Of a DNA stretch of 8,521 nucleotides, positions 1-6,422 are shown one piece after another. This stretch comes from a virus. Its lineage: Duplodnaviria; Heunggongvirae; Uroviricota; Caudoviricetes. Both the position numbers and the translations under genes were made by a program. Numbering within the stretch: position 1 is the first letter of the stretch; the number at the start of each line of letters is the position of its first letter. The notes beneath the pieces are model-generated. The model worked only from the letters and a program-made list of their open reading frames with translations, did no database searches and was not told where the DNA came from. The stretch lies in the IMG/VR virus record IMGVR_UViG_2617270966_000007; one strand, written 5' to 3'.

Positions 1-387
1 TGTCTGGTCACGCAGCTGGTTGTCGCAGTGCCAGCACAACACCATTGCGCCGGTACCATAACGGTGAATGACGGTTTCGCTGTGATGATAATCGCCGTGT
101 GGCCACTGGCAGGATTTAATATGGCGCAACAGCCAGTCAGACAATGCACCAGCACCACCAGCAGCACGAATCACCCGTGCGTTACTGAAAAACGGCAGCA
201 ATGTTTTGTCTTCCACCAGCGGCTGGCGAGCGGCAGGAACGACCCCGGACGGCAGATTACGCATGCTTTTTGGTTCCGGCTCCACCAGTATTCTGCCGTT
301 ATGGAATGCTGACATTGATTCACGGCCTGGCTTAACGATAACCAGACCGAGTTCCGGTACCAGAACAGGTCGAAGTAATACCCGCAC
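1..387 (-). CDS. Partial CDS running off the left edge (about 129 codons in window): hypothetical phage protein with a Cys/His-rich putative zinc-binding (HNH-like) segment; possibly YdfU/DUF968-like
   Basis: Manual translation of the minus strand in the frame with codon first bases at 387, 384, ... gives an uninterrupted frame to position 1 (VRVLLRPVLVPELGLVIVKPGRESMSAFHNGRILVEPEPKSMRNLPSGVVPAARQPLVEDKTLLPFFSNARVIRAAGGAGALSDWLLRHIKSCQWPHGDYHHSETVIHRYGTGAMVLCWHCDNQLRDQT...). GTG at 387-385 lies 4 nt after GGAGG (396-392) and 2 nt after the upstream stop; alternative ATG at 315-313. Not in the ORF track because no stop is in the window. Family assignment is a guess from composition and the position downstream of hok. 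Confidence 0.5.
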   Translation of the reverse strand, partial: MRVLLRPVLVPELGLVIVKPGRESMSAFHNGRILVEPEPKSMRNLPSGVVPAARQPLVEDKTLLPFFSNARVIRAAGGAGALSDWLLRHIKSCQWPHGDYHHSETVIHRYGTGAMVLCWHCDNQLRDQT

Positions 388-388
388 A

Positions 389-667
389 TTACCTCCAGAT
401 CCGTTGCTGGAATGTGCGGGACGGACGCGCTGGCCGTTCTGAGTAAGGGAGCCTGACGGAGATTATCCAGTGACGGTAGTCGAGGCTAAGGGCTTTTTTA
501 ACCTCGCATCCGCGCCTGCGGTAACACTGAATGAGCCATTCAGCCTGTTCTTCGGTGCAGGGGTCGTGCTGATACCAGTCAGATTTGAATGCATGAGAAC
601 GCCGCCCGTGCCTGCTGGCAGGGGCGGCAGAGTTATCCGAATTGTAAAATTTGGTATCGTGCGCCAT
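389..667 (-). CDS. Small hypothetical protein (92 aa) downstream of hok; position resembles rem of Qin-type prophages
   Basis: ORF-track frame 389..796 trimmed to the internal ATG at 667-665, because the first 43 codons are encoded by the hok terminator hairpin and U-tract. The TAA stop (391-389) is immediately followed by the start of the next gene. No clear Shine-Dalgarno. Confidence 0.4.
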   Translation of the reverse strand: MAHDTKFYNSDNSAAPASRHGRRSHAFKSDWYQHDPCTEEQAEWLIQCYRRRGCEVKKALSLDYRHWIISVRLPYSERPARPSRTFQQRIWR

Positions 668-739
668 CTGTTTTCTCTGCTGGCGCAGCAGGTGCCAGTT
701 GTTCAGGCTGACGGATGGATTGTAAACCAGAACGACCAG

Positions 740-764
740 AAAAAACAAAACCCGCCGAAGCGGG
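740..764 (-). terminator. Rho-independent terminator downstream of hok
   Basis: On the minus strand: CCCGC-TTCG-GCGGG (5-bp GC stem, UUCG tetraloop; plus 751-764) followed directly by TTTTGTTTTTT (plus 750-740), about 70 nt after the hok stop codon. Confidence 0.7.
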
Positions 765-834
765 TTAAGTGCGGGTGCGTTGAGGATGCCTGACACATCA
801 GCGGTGGCGAGGGATTTCTCCCCCGCCGGGTCTC

Positions 835-990
835 TTACTCCTCAGGTTCGTAAGCTGTGAAGACAGCGACCTCCGTCTGGCCGGTTCGGATTCGTACCTC
901 GCAGAGGTCTTTCCTCGTTACCAGTGCCGTCACCATGACGGTTAAACAGATGACGATCAGGGCGATTAGCATCGCCTTTTGCTGCTTCAT
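835..990 (-). CDS. hok: Hok/Gef-family membrane toxin (type I toxin-antitoxin toxin), 51 aa, HokD/RelF-like
   Basis: Translation MKQQKAMLIALIVICLTVMVTALVTRKDLCEVRIRTGQTEVAVFTAYEPEE has the Hok signature (single transmembrane helix then LTRKDLCEVRIRTGQTEVAVF) and closely matches HokD as recalled. SD AAGGAG lies about 9 nt upstream of the ATG at 990-988. Confidence 0.9.
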   Translation of the reverse strand: MKQQKAMLIALIVICLTVMVTALVTRKDLCEVRIRTGQTEVAVFTAYEPEE

Positions 991-1047
991 AGCCTGCTTC
1001 TCCTTGCCTTTCGGCACGTAAGAGGCTAACCTACGTGTGTAGAGCAT
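835..1047 (-). CDS. Mok-like in-frame upstream extension of hok (70 codons)
   Basis: ORF-track frame begins MLYTRRLASYVPKGKEKQA and continues in frame into Hok. Chromosomal mok reading frames (for example MokC) are N-terminally extended, in-frame versions of hok. Whether this one is translated is unknown. Confidence 0.4.
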   Translation of the reverse strand: MLYTRRLASYVPKGKEKQAMKQQKAMLIALIVICLTVMVTALVTRKDLCEVRIRTGQTEVAVFTAYEPEE

Positions 1048-1470
1048 AGATATGGCCTCAGATTAATGTTAAGCGTCTTGCAGGACGCGTAATGTTAACT
1101 GGGGCTTTTCTCTATCTGCCTTTGGTGTTCATGCCTGAGACAGATAGCCTCAAGCACCCGCAGCCATTCTACTTAACTCCCGTCACCTCGCCAATATGAA
1201 ATCAATCAGAAAGGCGATCCATAAGAACAACAGCAAGGCAATAAATTGCCATTACAGCAGCAATAGCCAGCGCACATTTGAGAACCAGCACCACAACCTC
1301 CTGTATTGGACGTACACCAGTCCTGATAAATATGAGGCTGTCTCGTCAGTGATTCAATACAACTATTGGGTATAGTTTCTGTGATTTTGTTCTGTAGAAA
1401 TGGAACACAACAACCAGTCACCACCAGCACTTCTTTAAATACGCCAAGTCCGACGCAAGCTAACCTTCTA

Positions 1471-1494
1471 GTCCGCTTTGAGCGAAAAGCGGAC
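1471..1494. repeat. Palindromic hairpin GTCCGCTTT-GAGCGA-AAAGCGGAC (copy 1 of 2)
   Basis: 9-bp perfect stem with 6-nt loop, about 60 nt downstream of the HAD stop. Shares the stem GTCCGCTT/AAGCGGAC with the element at 2937-2960. No U-tract on either strand. Confidence 0.5.
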
Positions 1495-1554
1495 GTTGGA
1501 AGTTTAAAACTCGCGAACTACTCAGCGTCCATTGATGCGTATTGTGTAACGTGA

Positions 1555-2199
1555 TTAACCACAGATGATATTGAAACGTTCTCCGGAAATCTTGACCATA
1601 ATGTCAGACAGCTCGCTGACGGCATGGGCTTCAGATGATCCCAGAGCGTCAGGCTGAACAGCTATTACCGAAGCTCCACTTGCCAGCCCTGCTTTTATAC
1701 CCGCAGATGCATCCTCAAATACCACGCATTCACCAGGCTCAAGGCCCAAAGCCAAAGCTGCTTTGATGTAACCCTCGGGACTTGGTTTTCCCGTCATTAC
1801 ATCTTCTGCACACACCATTACTATGGGTAAGGGGAGATTAGCCGCTTTCATCCTGTTTTCGGCAAGCATTCTGCCTGCAGAAGTAACAAGTGCCCAGCTA
1901 TCCGGTGGCAGTTTTGATAAGAGTGCAGCGGCCCCTTTTACTTCAGTAACGCCTTCTGTCGTGTTGATTTCAACCTCTTCGAGTGAGGCCGCGATTTTAT
2001 TGGTTTTCTCACCTGCACCAATAAAATGCGTCAGTGTATCAATCGTTTGCCGCCCGTGTGCGTAAGCAATCACAGCCTGAGTATCAAGACCGTATTCTGC
2101 ACAAAAATCTCTCCAGACGCTTTCCACTACGGCTGTTGAATCAACCAGCGTACCGTCCATATCGAATAAAAAACCCTTAGCGTTGAATATCATTGCCAT
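1555..2199 (-). CDS. HAD-superfamily hydrolase, subfamily IA (sugar-phosphatase / beta-phosphoglucomutase-like)
   Basis: HAD motif I FDMDGTLVDS near the N-terminus, motif III lysine in GKPSPEGY, motif IV FEDASAGIKAGLASG. The second ATG (2193) has better SD spacing (AGGA, about 6 nt) and may be the true start. Lies 24-30 nt downstream of the Nudix stop, so likely co-transcribed. Confidence 0.85.
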   Translation of the reverse strand: MAMIFNAKGFLFDMDGTLVDSTAVVESVWRDFCAEYGLDTQAVIAYAHGRQTIDTLTHFIGAGEKTNKIAASLEEVEINTTEGVTEVKGAAALLSKLPPDSWALVTSAGRMLAENRMKAANLPLPIVMVCAEDVMTGKPSPEGYIKAALALGLEPGECVVFEDASAGIKAGLASGASVIAVQPDALGSSEAHAVSELSDIMVKISGERFNIICG

Positions 2200-2222
2200 T
2201 CCTTAATGGTTGCAGAAGAAAG

Positions 2223-2861
2223 TTAATCAAACCATGTTTTTTCATCACCTTTCGCTACTCTCAGGCTGACAGCAATCTGCTCAGGCACAATTCTTGAAAG
2301 CGACAATTCAGGCAGGTCGTTGACATCAAAAAAATCAGCATCGAGTGACTCATGGCTGATTGACAGGCTGCCACCTACTTCTTCACAGAGAAAAATCAGC
2401 TTGTAAACATGCCAGGGTAAAGGCGGATGGCCGTGAAGATTACGATCCCAAACTCCCAATAGTTTAGTCACTCTGACTTTTAATCCGGTTTCTTCTTCGA
2501 CCTCTCGACGCACAGCTTCAGAAGGTGTATCTCCAACATCTGCCCATCCGCCAGGAAGACTCCATAATCCATCTGCAGCCTCTTTCACCATCAGAATACG
2601 ATTATTACGCAGGATAAACGCACGCACATCTGTTTTGGGCGTCGCGTAACCCGTTTCCGATACATGAAACAAATCATTGCGGCTAATATCAAACTGCGAA
2701 CTCAGCAGTCCAGCGGCAATTTCACGCAAGGCTTCATAGCGTTCCTTGTCAAAGACGTCTTTTGAATAGGTCAGGCCTGACTGCGCGAGGGCATTTAGTC
2801 TCTGGGCAACAAAAATAAGCTTTTCTTGGGTCAACACTTCAGACATGTTTTTCATCTTCAT
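2223..2861 (-). CDS. Nudix hydrolase with an N-terminal extension domain (ADP-ribose pyrophosphatase-like architecture)
   Basis: Nudix box GWADVGDTPSEAVRREVEEETGL (residues 105-127, plus 2481-2549) fits G-x5-(E/D)-x7-REVxEExGL. About 100 aa of N-terminal domain precede it. Start is ambiguous among ATGs at 2861, 2855 and 2846; none has a strong SD. Confidence 0.85.
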   Translation of the reverse strand: MKMKNMSEVLTQEKLIFVAQRLNALAQSGLTYSKDVFDKERYEALREIAAGLLSSQFDISRNDLFHVSETGYATPKTDVRAFILRNNRILMVKEAADGLWSLPGGWADVGDTPSEAVRREVEEETGLKVRVTKLLGVWDRNLHGHPPLPWHVYKLIFLCEEVGGSLSISHESLDADFFDVNDLPELSLSRIVPEQIAVSLRVAKGDEKTWFD

Positions 2862-2936
2862 TTATGTATTCAGAGTTCCTGTTAAGGATACTGCTCAATT
2901 CAATGAAGAATAACAAATGCATCTGGCACCTGCTAT

Positions 2937-2960
2937 GTCCGCTTCTGGCACAAAGCGGAC
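2937..2960. repeat. Palindromic hairpin GTCCGCTT-CTGGCACA-AAGCGGAC (copy 2 of 2)
   Basis: 8-bp perfect stem with 8-nt loop, about 68 nt downstream of the 141-aa gene stop and upstream of the Nudix gene. Same stem as 1471-1494. Confidence 0.5.
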
Positions 2961-3028
2961 AACCACGCTAGCTCTACCCTGTGCCACAAAATGTCAATTT
3001 GCATCTGAACTAATGCACTTTAATCTCG

Positions 3029-3451
3029 TCACTTCAATAAATACCGAACATCACCCTGATAAAACGACAATATGCGCTGCATAACTTCACTCTTCCGGCA
3101 CTCGCGACAGATTATGTTCATACGCCTGTCGTAGCGGCGTATTTCTCCGTCGGGTAATGTCCAGATAAGGTCAGGATCAACCACAGATGGTTTCTTCAGA
3201 TTTGCCCTTGAGAGTTTTTTGCGGGCGTTTTGCCAGTCCTTACGCGCCTGTTCAGACGGGAATAACCCGTAAACAGAGTTGTATACATCGCCACTGGCAA
3301 CCAGCTCTCTGGCGAGAACACTCATCAGATATCTTGTCGCACCTGTCTTGGCTTCCAGTTGCCGCAACGTCTCGCGACCGCTCAGACGTACAAGTTCAAC
3401 AACCTGCCCTTTAATTTTTTCCCGCTCTTCTTGTGTAAATACTTTTGCCAT
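3029..3451 (-). CDS. Hypothetical phage protein (140 aa), translationally coupled to the upstream 256-aa gene
   Basis: ATG at 3451-3449 (MAKVFTQEEREK...) preceded by GGAGG at about 7 nt. The ORF-track start at 3466 is a TTG inside the coupling region. Basic C-terminal half (RRYDRRMNIICRECRK). No family recognised. Confidence 0.6.
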   Translation of the reverse strand: MAKVFTQEEREKIKGQVVELVRLSGRETLRQLEAKTGATRYLMSVLARELVASGDVYNSVYGLFPSEQARKDWQNARKKLSRANLKKPSVVDPDLIWTLPDGEIRRYDRRMNIICRECRKSEVMQRILSFYQGDVRYLLK

Positions 3452-3466
3452 AAGCGCCTCCGGCAA

Positions 3467-4237
3467 TCACTTTTCCGATACAACACGGCGGGAAGAATCA
3501 GTAATCTGTCGAACAATATCCCGGTGCTTGTTCAGCTCCCGCAGCGCGGCGCAGACTCGCTCCCACTTCTGAACATCACTTTTCGCCCTGCGCAGCGCCA
3601 GGTTTGCCCTGCGAAGGGACGGAAAAATCAGCTCATCTGCTTGCGTTTCGGTAAACGATGGCAACGGCTGCACAATGTCCGCCACAGTTTCTGTTTTAAT
3701 TTCTTCCTGTGTTGCGGCTTCCCGGACTGGTAACGCAGCACCTGCTGGCTGAGGAAAGGCCTTACCATCACTTTCCGTTACCAGCGCGGCTTTCGGCTCT
3801 GCTGGTAAATTATCGCCCGGCATGCAGTAACGAAATTTACCGTTCTGATTAACGCGTGCCAGCCGCCCCGTTGCGGTTACCACCGCCAGCGTGGAAGCAA
3901 CCTTGCGAGTACTGACACCGAACTTACCCGCCAGTTCCTCACACGTTTTAGCCCCATCCTGACCGATAAACTCAATCATCATGTCTGCGGTAACTTTTTG
4001 TTCGACCTCCCCGGTCAGCATATCCTGTGCTTCAGATTTTACTGGCCGCTCTTCGGTTACCCGGGATTCACCTTCGCCAGCCAGAAACCAGGTGTGACCA
4101 GTTTTATCAACGACGCCATTTCTTTTGAGTTCCCACAGCTCGTTGACAGCCTCTTCACGACTGATTCCAAGGCGAGCTGCCACCACATGTGAAGAGGCTT
4201 TTTTCAGTGCTTTCAGTGCGTCAGATACGGTTTCCAT
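3467..4237 (-). CDS. Hypothetical phage protein (256 aa) with two tandem winged-helix-like DNA-binding segments
   Basis: Two segments resembling wHTH domains (SSHVVAARLGISREEAVNELWELKRNGVV and KTCEELAGKFGVSTRKVASTLAVVTATGRLARV). GGAGG SD about 8 nt before the ATG at 4237. Starts 21 nt after the DnaC-like stop. Confidence 0.65.
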   Translation of the reverse strand: METVSDALKALKKASSHVVAARLGISREEAVNELWELKRNGVVDKTGHTWFLAGEGESRVTEERPVKSEAQDMLTGEVEQKVTADMMIEFIGQDGAKTCEELAGKFGVSTRKVASTLAVVTATGRLARVNQNGKFRYCMPGDNLPAEPKAALVTESDGKAFPQPAGAALPVREAATQEEIKTETVADIVQPLPSFTETQADELIFPSLRRANLALRRAKSDVQKWERVCAALRELNKHRDIVRQITDSSRRVVSEK

Positions 4238-4258
4238 TAAAATTTCCTCCGGACAAAA

Positions 4259-5005
4259 TTACTTCACAACCCTCATATTGCTGACATTTGGACGCCAGCT
4301 ATCCCAGTTAAACGTCACCCATCGACCACCGTTCATGGTCATGCGGTCCATAATCCTCTCACCAAGAAGCGTACTCATTGCGGCATGATTCAGGTTTGTT
4401 AACATCCCGACACTGCACAGTGATGCTGTCCGGCGATCAATTATCTGGTGCAATACCACCTGCTCGTTTTTCGTCTCCCGCTGAACGCCTATTTCATCCA
4501 GGACCAGCAAATCAACCCCGCAAAGCTCCTGTAAAAATTTTTCCCCGGATTTGCCGTTGTCGTAGCTGTCATGCAACACGCTCATGACGTCAGACACGGT
4601 GACGATAATCACGCTGCGCCCCTTCACCATCAGCCGGTTGCCCATCGCCGCTGCAAGGTGATTTTTCCCGGTGCCGGTTTTACCGCTGAACACAAAATTC
4701 GTGCACCCGGTCATCAGTTCGTCAGCTATGGATTTGGCCTGGCTCAGCGCGTATTTTTGCCCGTCGTTCTGCACCTGATAATTTGCAAACGAGCATTTGC
4801 TGTGCAGAGGCTGGATGCCCGAACGATTCAGGATTTTTTCCACCCGCAACTGGCGATTCTGGCGGTTAATCTCCTCGCTGCGTTTTCGTCCTTCAGCAAG
4901 TTGCCATTCCCGCCACTCCTCCACCGTCCGGTACGGTGGAACCGACCCCTGTGGTGCAAGTCTGCGAATACGTTCAAGAACCCCAACTGCCGCAATGTTT
5001 TTCAT
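4259..5005 (-). CDS. ydaV: DnaC-like helicase loader / IstB-type AAA+ ATPase (phage replication protein, YdaV-like)
   Basis: P-loop FSGKTGTGKNHLAAAMG and Walker B DLLVLDEIG. Length 248 aa. Starts 7 nt after the O-like gene stop with a G-rich SD. Symbol assigned by synteny and length match to the Rac prophage ydaU-ydaV pair. Confidence 0.85.
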   Translation of the reverse strand: MKNIAAVGVLERIRRLAPQGSVPPYRTVEEWREWQLAEGRKRSEEINRQNRQLRVEKILNRSGIQPLHSKCSFANYQVQNDGQKYALSQAKSIADELMTGCTNFVFSGKTGTGKNHLAAAMGNRLMVKGRSVIIVTVSDVMSVLHDSYDNGKSGEKFLQELCGVDLLVLDEIGVQRETKNEQVVLHQIIDRRTASLCSVGMLTNLNHAAMSTLLGERIMDRMTMNGGRWVTFNWDSWRPNVSNMRVVK

Positions 5006-5011
5006 GACACG

Positions 5012-5974
5012 TCACCCCCTGAATCCCGGCGGTATTTCAGTGTCCGGTTCAGAAATGTGATTCACGCAACGCTGCGCAGGCGAACGCCCCAGGCGGATAA
5101 CCAGTTCATCCCATTTTTCCCGGAGTTTTGCCGGACTCATGATGTTTTTTACCCAGAACGAATCCCGCTGGAGACGCCCAAACATTTCACAAATTTGTCT
5201 GTGAGTTCTGCCATCCAGCATCCGCATTGTGCGAACGTCATTGGCCCATGCTGTCCAGTTGGGTTCTTTCGGTCTAGTGATCTCGCCATCATAGCTGGCC
5301 GCCTGCTCGTAAAGACTCACGATTCGTCCCCAGATCCACTGTGCGCACACCAAATCTTCCTGACTTCCCCACTGGCGTTTTTTCGCACTGAACACAACCG
5401 CGTCAGGGTGTCGGGTTAAAAAATCCTGTTCAGCCGTCTGCGGGTCCGGTTGCGAAGCGTCCGGACAAGAAGATCTTTTATCTGACGGTTCAGGTTTTAA
5501 TACTGACGGATCGGGGTCAATCATCGCCCCCCTAATCGGCAGTTTTTTATCAACAGTTGATCCATCAAAATTTGACGGGTCAACCGTTGAGGGGGCAAAA
5601 TTTGACGGGTCAACTGTTAACGGGTCATTTTTTGCCGGGCTAATTTTTCTTTTCGGTTTATATGACTCACGCGCCGCCGCCGCAGCTGCTTCGAGTTTTT
5701 CCACATTAAGCCGATAGATATTGCTTACATTACGCCCACCGACCTTACGCTCTTCCTTCGTCAGCCAGCCCTCTTTCGCCAGTTCTGCAATAGCCGATTT
5801 CACTGTGGATTCACTTCTTGCACCGATCTGACGCCGGATAGTTTCAATGGCAGGCCATGACACACCCTCGTCATTGCTGTAGTCTACAAGACGGGCCATA
5901 ACCGCCACCCTGGATAAGATCATGCCGGTGAAGGCGCACCCTTCCCAGACAAGACCATGAAGCTTGCTGCTCAT
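5012..5974 (-). CDS. Phage replication initiator (O-like / replisome organiser, YdaU-like) with N-terminal wHTH and an internal TVDPSNF repeat linker
   Basis: The ORF track starts at a GTG (5989); the first ATG is at 5974 (MSSKLHGLVWEG...) with a GGGGG SD. N-terminal HTH-like segment (VSWPAIETIRRQIGARSESTVKSAIAELAKEGWL). The central region encodes PLTVDPSNFAPSTVDPSNFDGSTVD from direct DNA repeats. Sits immediately upstream of the DnaC-like gene. Confidence 0.8.
   Translation of the reverse strand: MSSKLHGLVWEGCAFTGMILSRVAVMARLVDYSNDEGVSWPAIETIRRQIGARSESTVKSAIAELAKEGWLTKEERKVGGRNVSNIYRLNVEKLEAAAAAARESYKPKRKISPAKNDPLTVDPSNFAPSTVDPSNFDGSTVDKKLPIRGAMIDPDPSVLKPEPSDKRSSCPDASQPDPQTAEQDFLTRHPDAVVFSAKKRQWGSQEDLVCAQWIWGRIVSLYEQAASYDGEITRPKEPNWTAWANDVRTMRMLDGRTHRQICEMFGRLQRDSFWVKNIMSPAKLREKWDELVIRLGRSPAQRCVNHISEPDTEIPPGFRG
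5544..5621. repeat. Iteron-like direct repeats (30-bp period) with adjacent AT-rich stretch inside the O-like gene: putative replication origin
   Basis: CAAAATTTGACGGGTCAACCGTTGA (5566-5590) and CAAAATTTGACGGGTCAACTGTTAA (5596-5620), plus a partial third copy TCAACAGTTGA (5550-5560). Each contains a TCAAC-N-GTTGA inverted core. Followed by the AT-rich run cattttttgccgggctaatttttcttttcggtttatatga (5626-5665). Confidence 0.45.
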
Positions 5975-5996
5975 AAAACCCCCGAACACCGTGCTT

Positions 5997-6422
5997 TTAG
6001 TGCATCACCACAGCATTCCCTGCCGGGCCGCCGCGATTCATCTGGTCATACAAAACAACCGCTGACGCAACAAAATCGCCGACATCCTTCCCCAGCCGAT
6101 CCCGCCGTTCGACAATCTCCCGGTAATACTCAGAGCTGTGACTGCGCATACGGGCCACCAGCAGAGGCGGCATTGCCTTTTCGATCGCCGGTAACAGAGC
6201 CTGAATTTTTTCAACAGCATCAGGGGTGTCTTTATCCAGCCAACGGAAAATTTTCTGTGTATTACGGGCCAGGGCTTCCGGATGGCTGTCGTCGTACAGT
6301 TCAGGGAACGTCATCCCCAGTTCGAAATAAGTCCGGGCTATTTCAGCTGCAGGAACTTTCTCACCATCAGGGTATGCCCAAGCATTCATCGCCATGCGGA
6401 TGTGCTCATGTTTGATTTTCAT
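5997..6422 (-). CDS. ydaT: YdaT-like prophage protein (CII-analogous regulator / reported toxin family)
   Basis: 141 aa, N-terminus MKIKHEHI, located between the Cro-like gene and the replication genes as ydaT is in Rac. The start overlaps the upstream Cro-like gene by 17 nt. Family call rests on synteny, length and recalled N-terminal similarity. Confidence 0.65.
   Translation of the reverse strand: MKIKHEHIRMAMNAWAYPDGEKVPAAEIARTYFELGMTFPELYDDSHPEALARNTQKIFRWLDKDTPDAVEKIQALLPAIEKAMPPLLVARMRSHSSEYYREIVERRDRLGKDVGDFVASAVVLYDQMNRGGPAGNAVVMH

Noticed and set aside
171-389. ORF-track minus-strand ORF (72 aa, about 10% Trp, Cys-rich) with an apparent GGAGG and a TAATG overlap with the upstream stop
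   Set aside because: Its composition is implausible for a real protein. It is the +1 frame of the much longer open frame that runs to the window edge, and the GGAGG serves the GTG at 387 just as well.
28-442. Plus-strand ORFs 28..312 and 206..442
   Set aside because: They are antisense to the edge-spanning minus-strand gene, have odd low-complexity composition, and have no SD.
470-796. Plus-strand ORF 470..793 and the N-terminal 43 codons of minus-strand ORF 389..796
   Set aside because: Both are read through the hok terminator hairpin and U-tract (740-764). The plus ORF is the antisense shadow of the small minus-strand gene, whose start was moved to the ATG at 667.
1196-1554. ORFs in the hok upstream region: 1206..1430 (minus), 1366..1554 (plus), and an unlisted AT-rich 59-codon plus-strand ORF at 1196..1375 (MKSIRKAIHKNNSKAINCHY...)
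   Set aside because: The two listed ORFs are Cys-rich and mutually overlapping in what should be the structured hok mRNA leader and promoter region, with no SD. The 59-codon ORF also lacks an SD; it cannot be fully excluded as a small gene, but the evidence is insufficient.
679-2935. 12-nt sequence CTGGCACCTGCT present twice (minus strand at 679-690, plus strand at 2924-2935), resembling the -24 element of sigma-54 promoters
   Set aside because: A 12-mer recurring once in 8.5 kb on both strands is expected by chance. The GG/GC spacing does not fit the sigma-54 consensus (TGGCAC-N5-TTGC).
1823-6415. Plus-strand ORFs nested inside the minus-strand genes (1823..2065, 3187..3414, 3279..3572, 3359..3733, 3998..4192, 4125..4388, 4378..4587, 4571..5419, 4797..5060, 5957..6415), including a 282-aa ORF
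   Set aside because: They are antisense shadows of motif-bearing minus-strand genes (HAD, DnaC-like Walker motifs, O-like HTH), have Pro/Arg/His-rich composition, and lack ribosome-binding sites. Minus-strand ORF 6038..6220 and ORFs 6949..7131 and 7594..7794 are rejected for the same reasons (alternative frame or antisense of supported genes).
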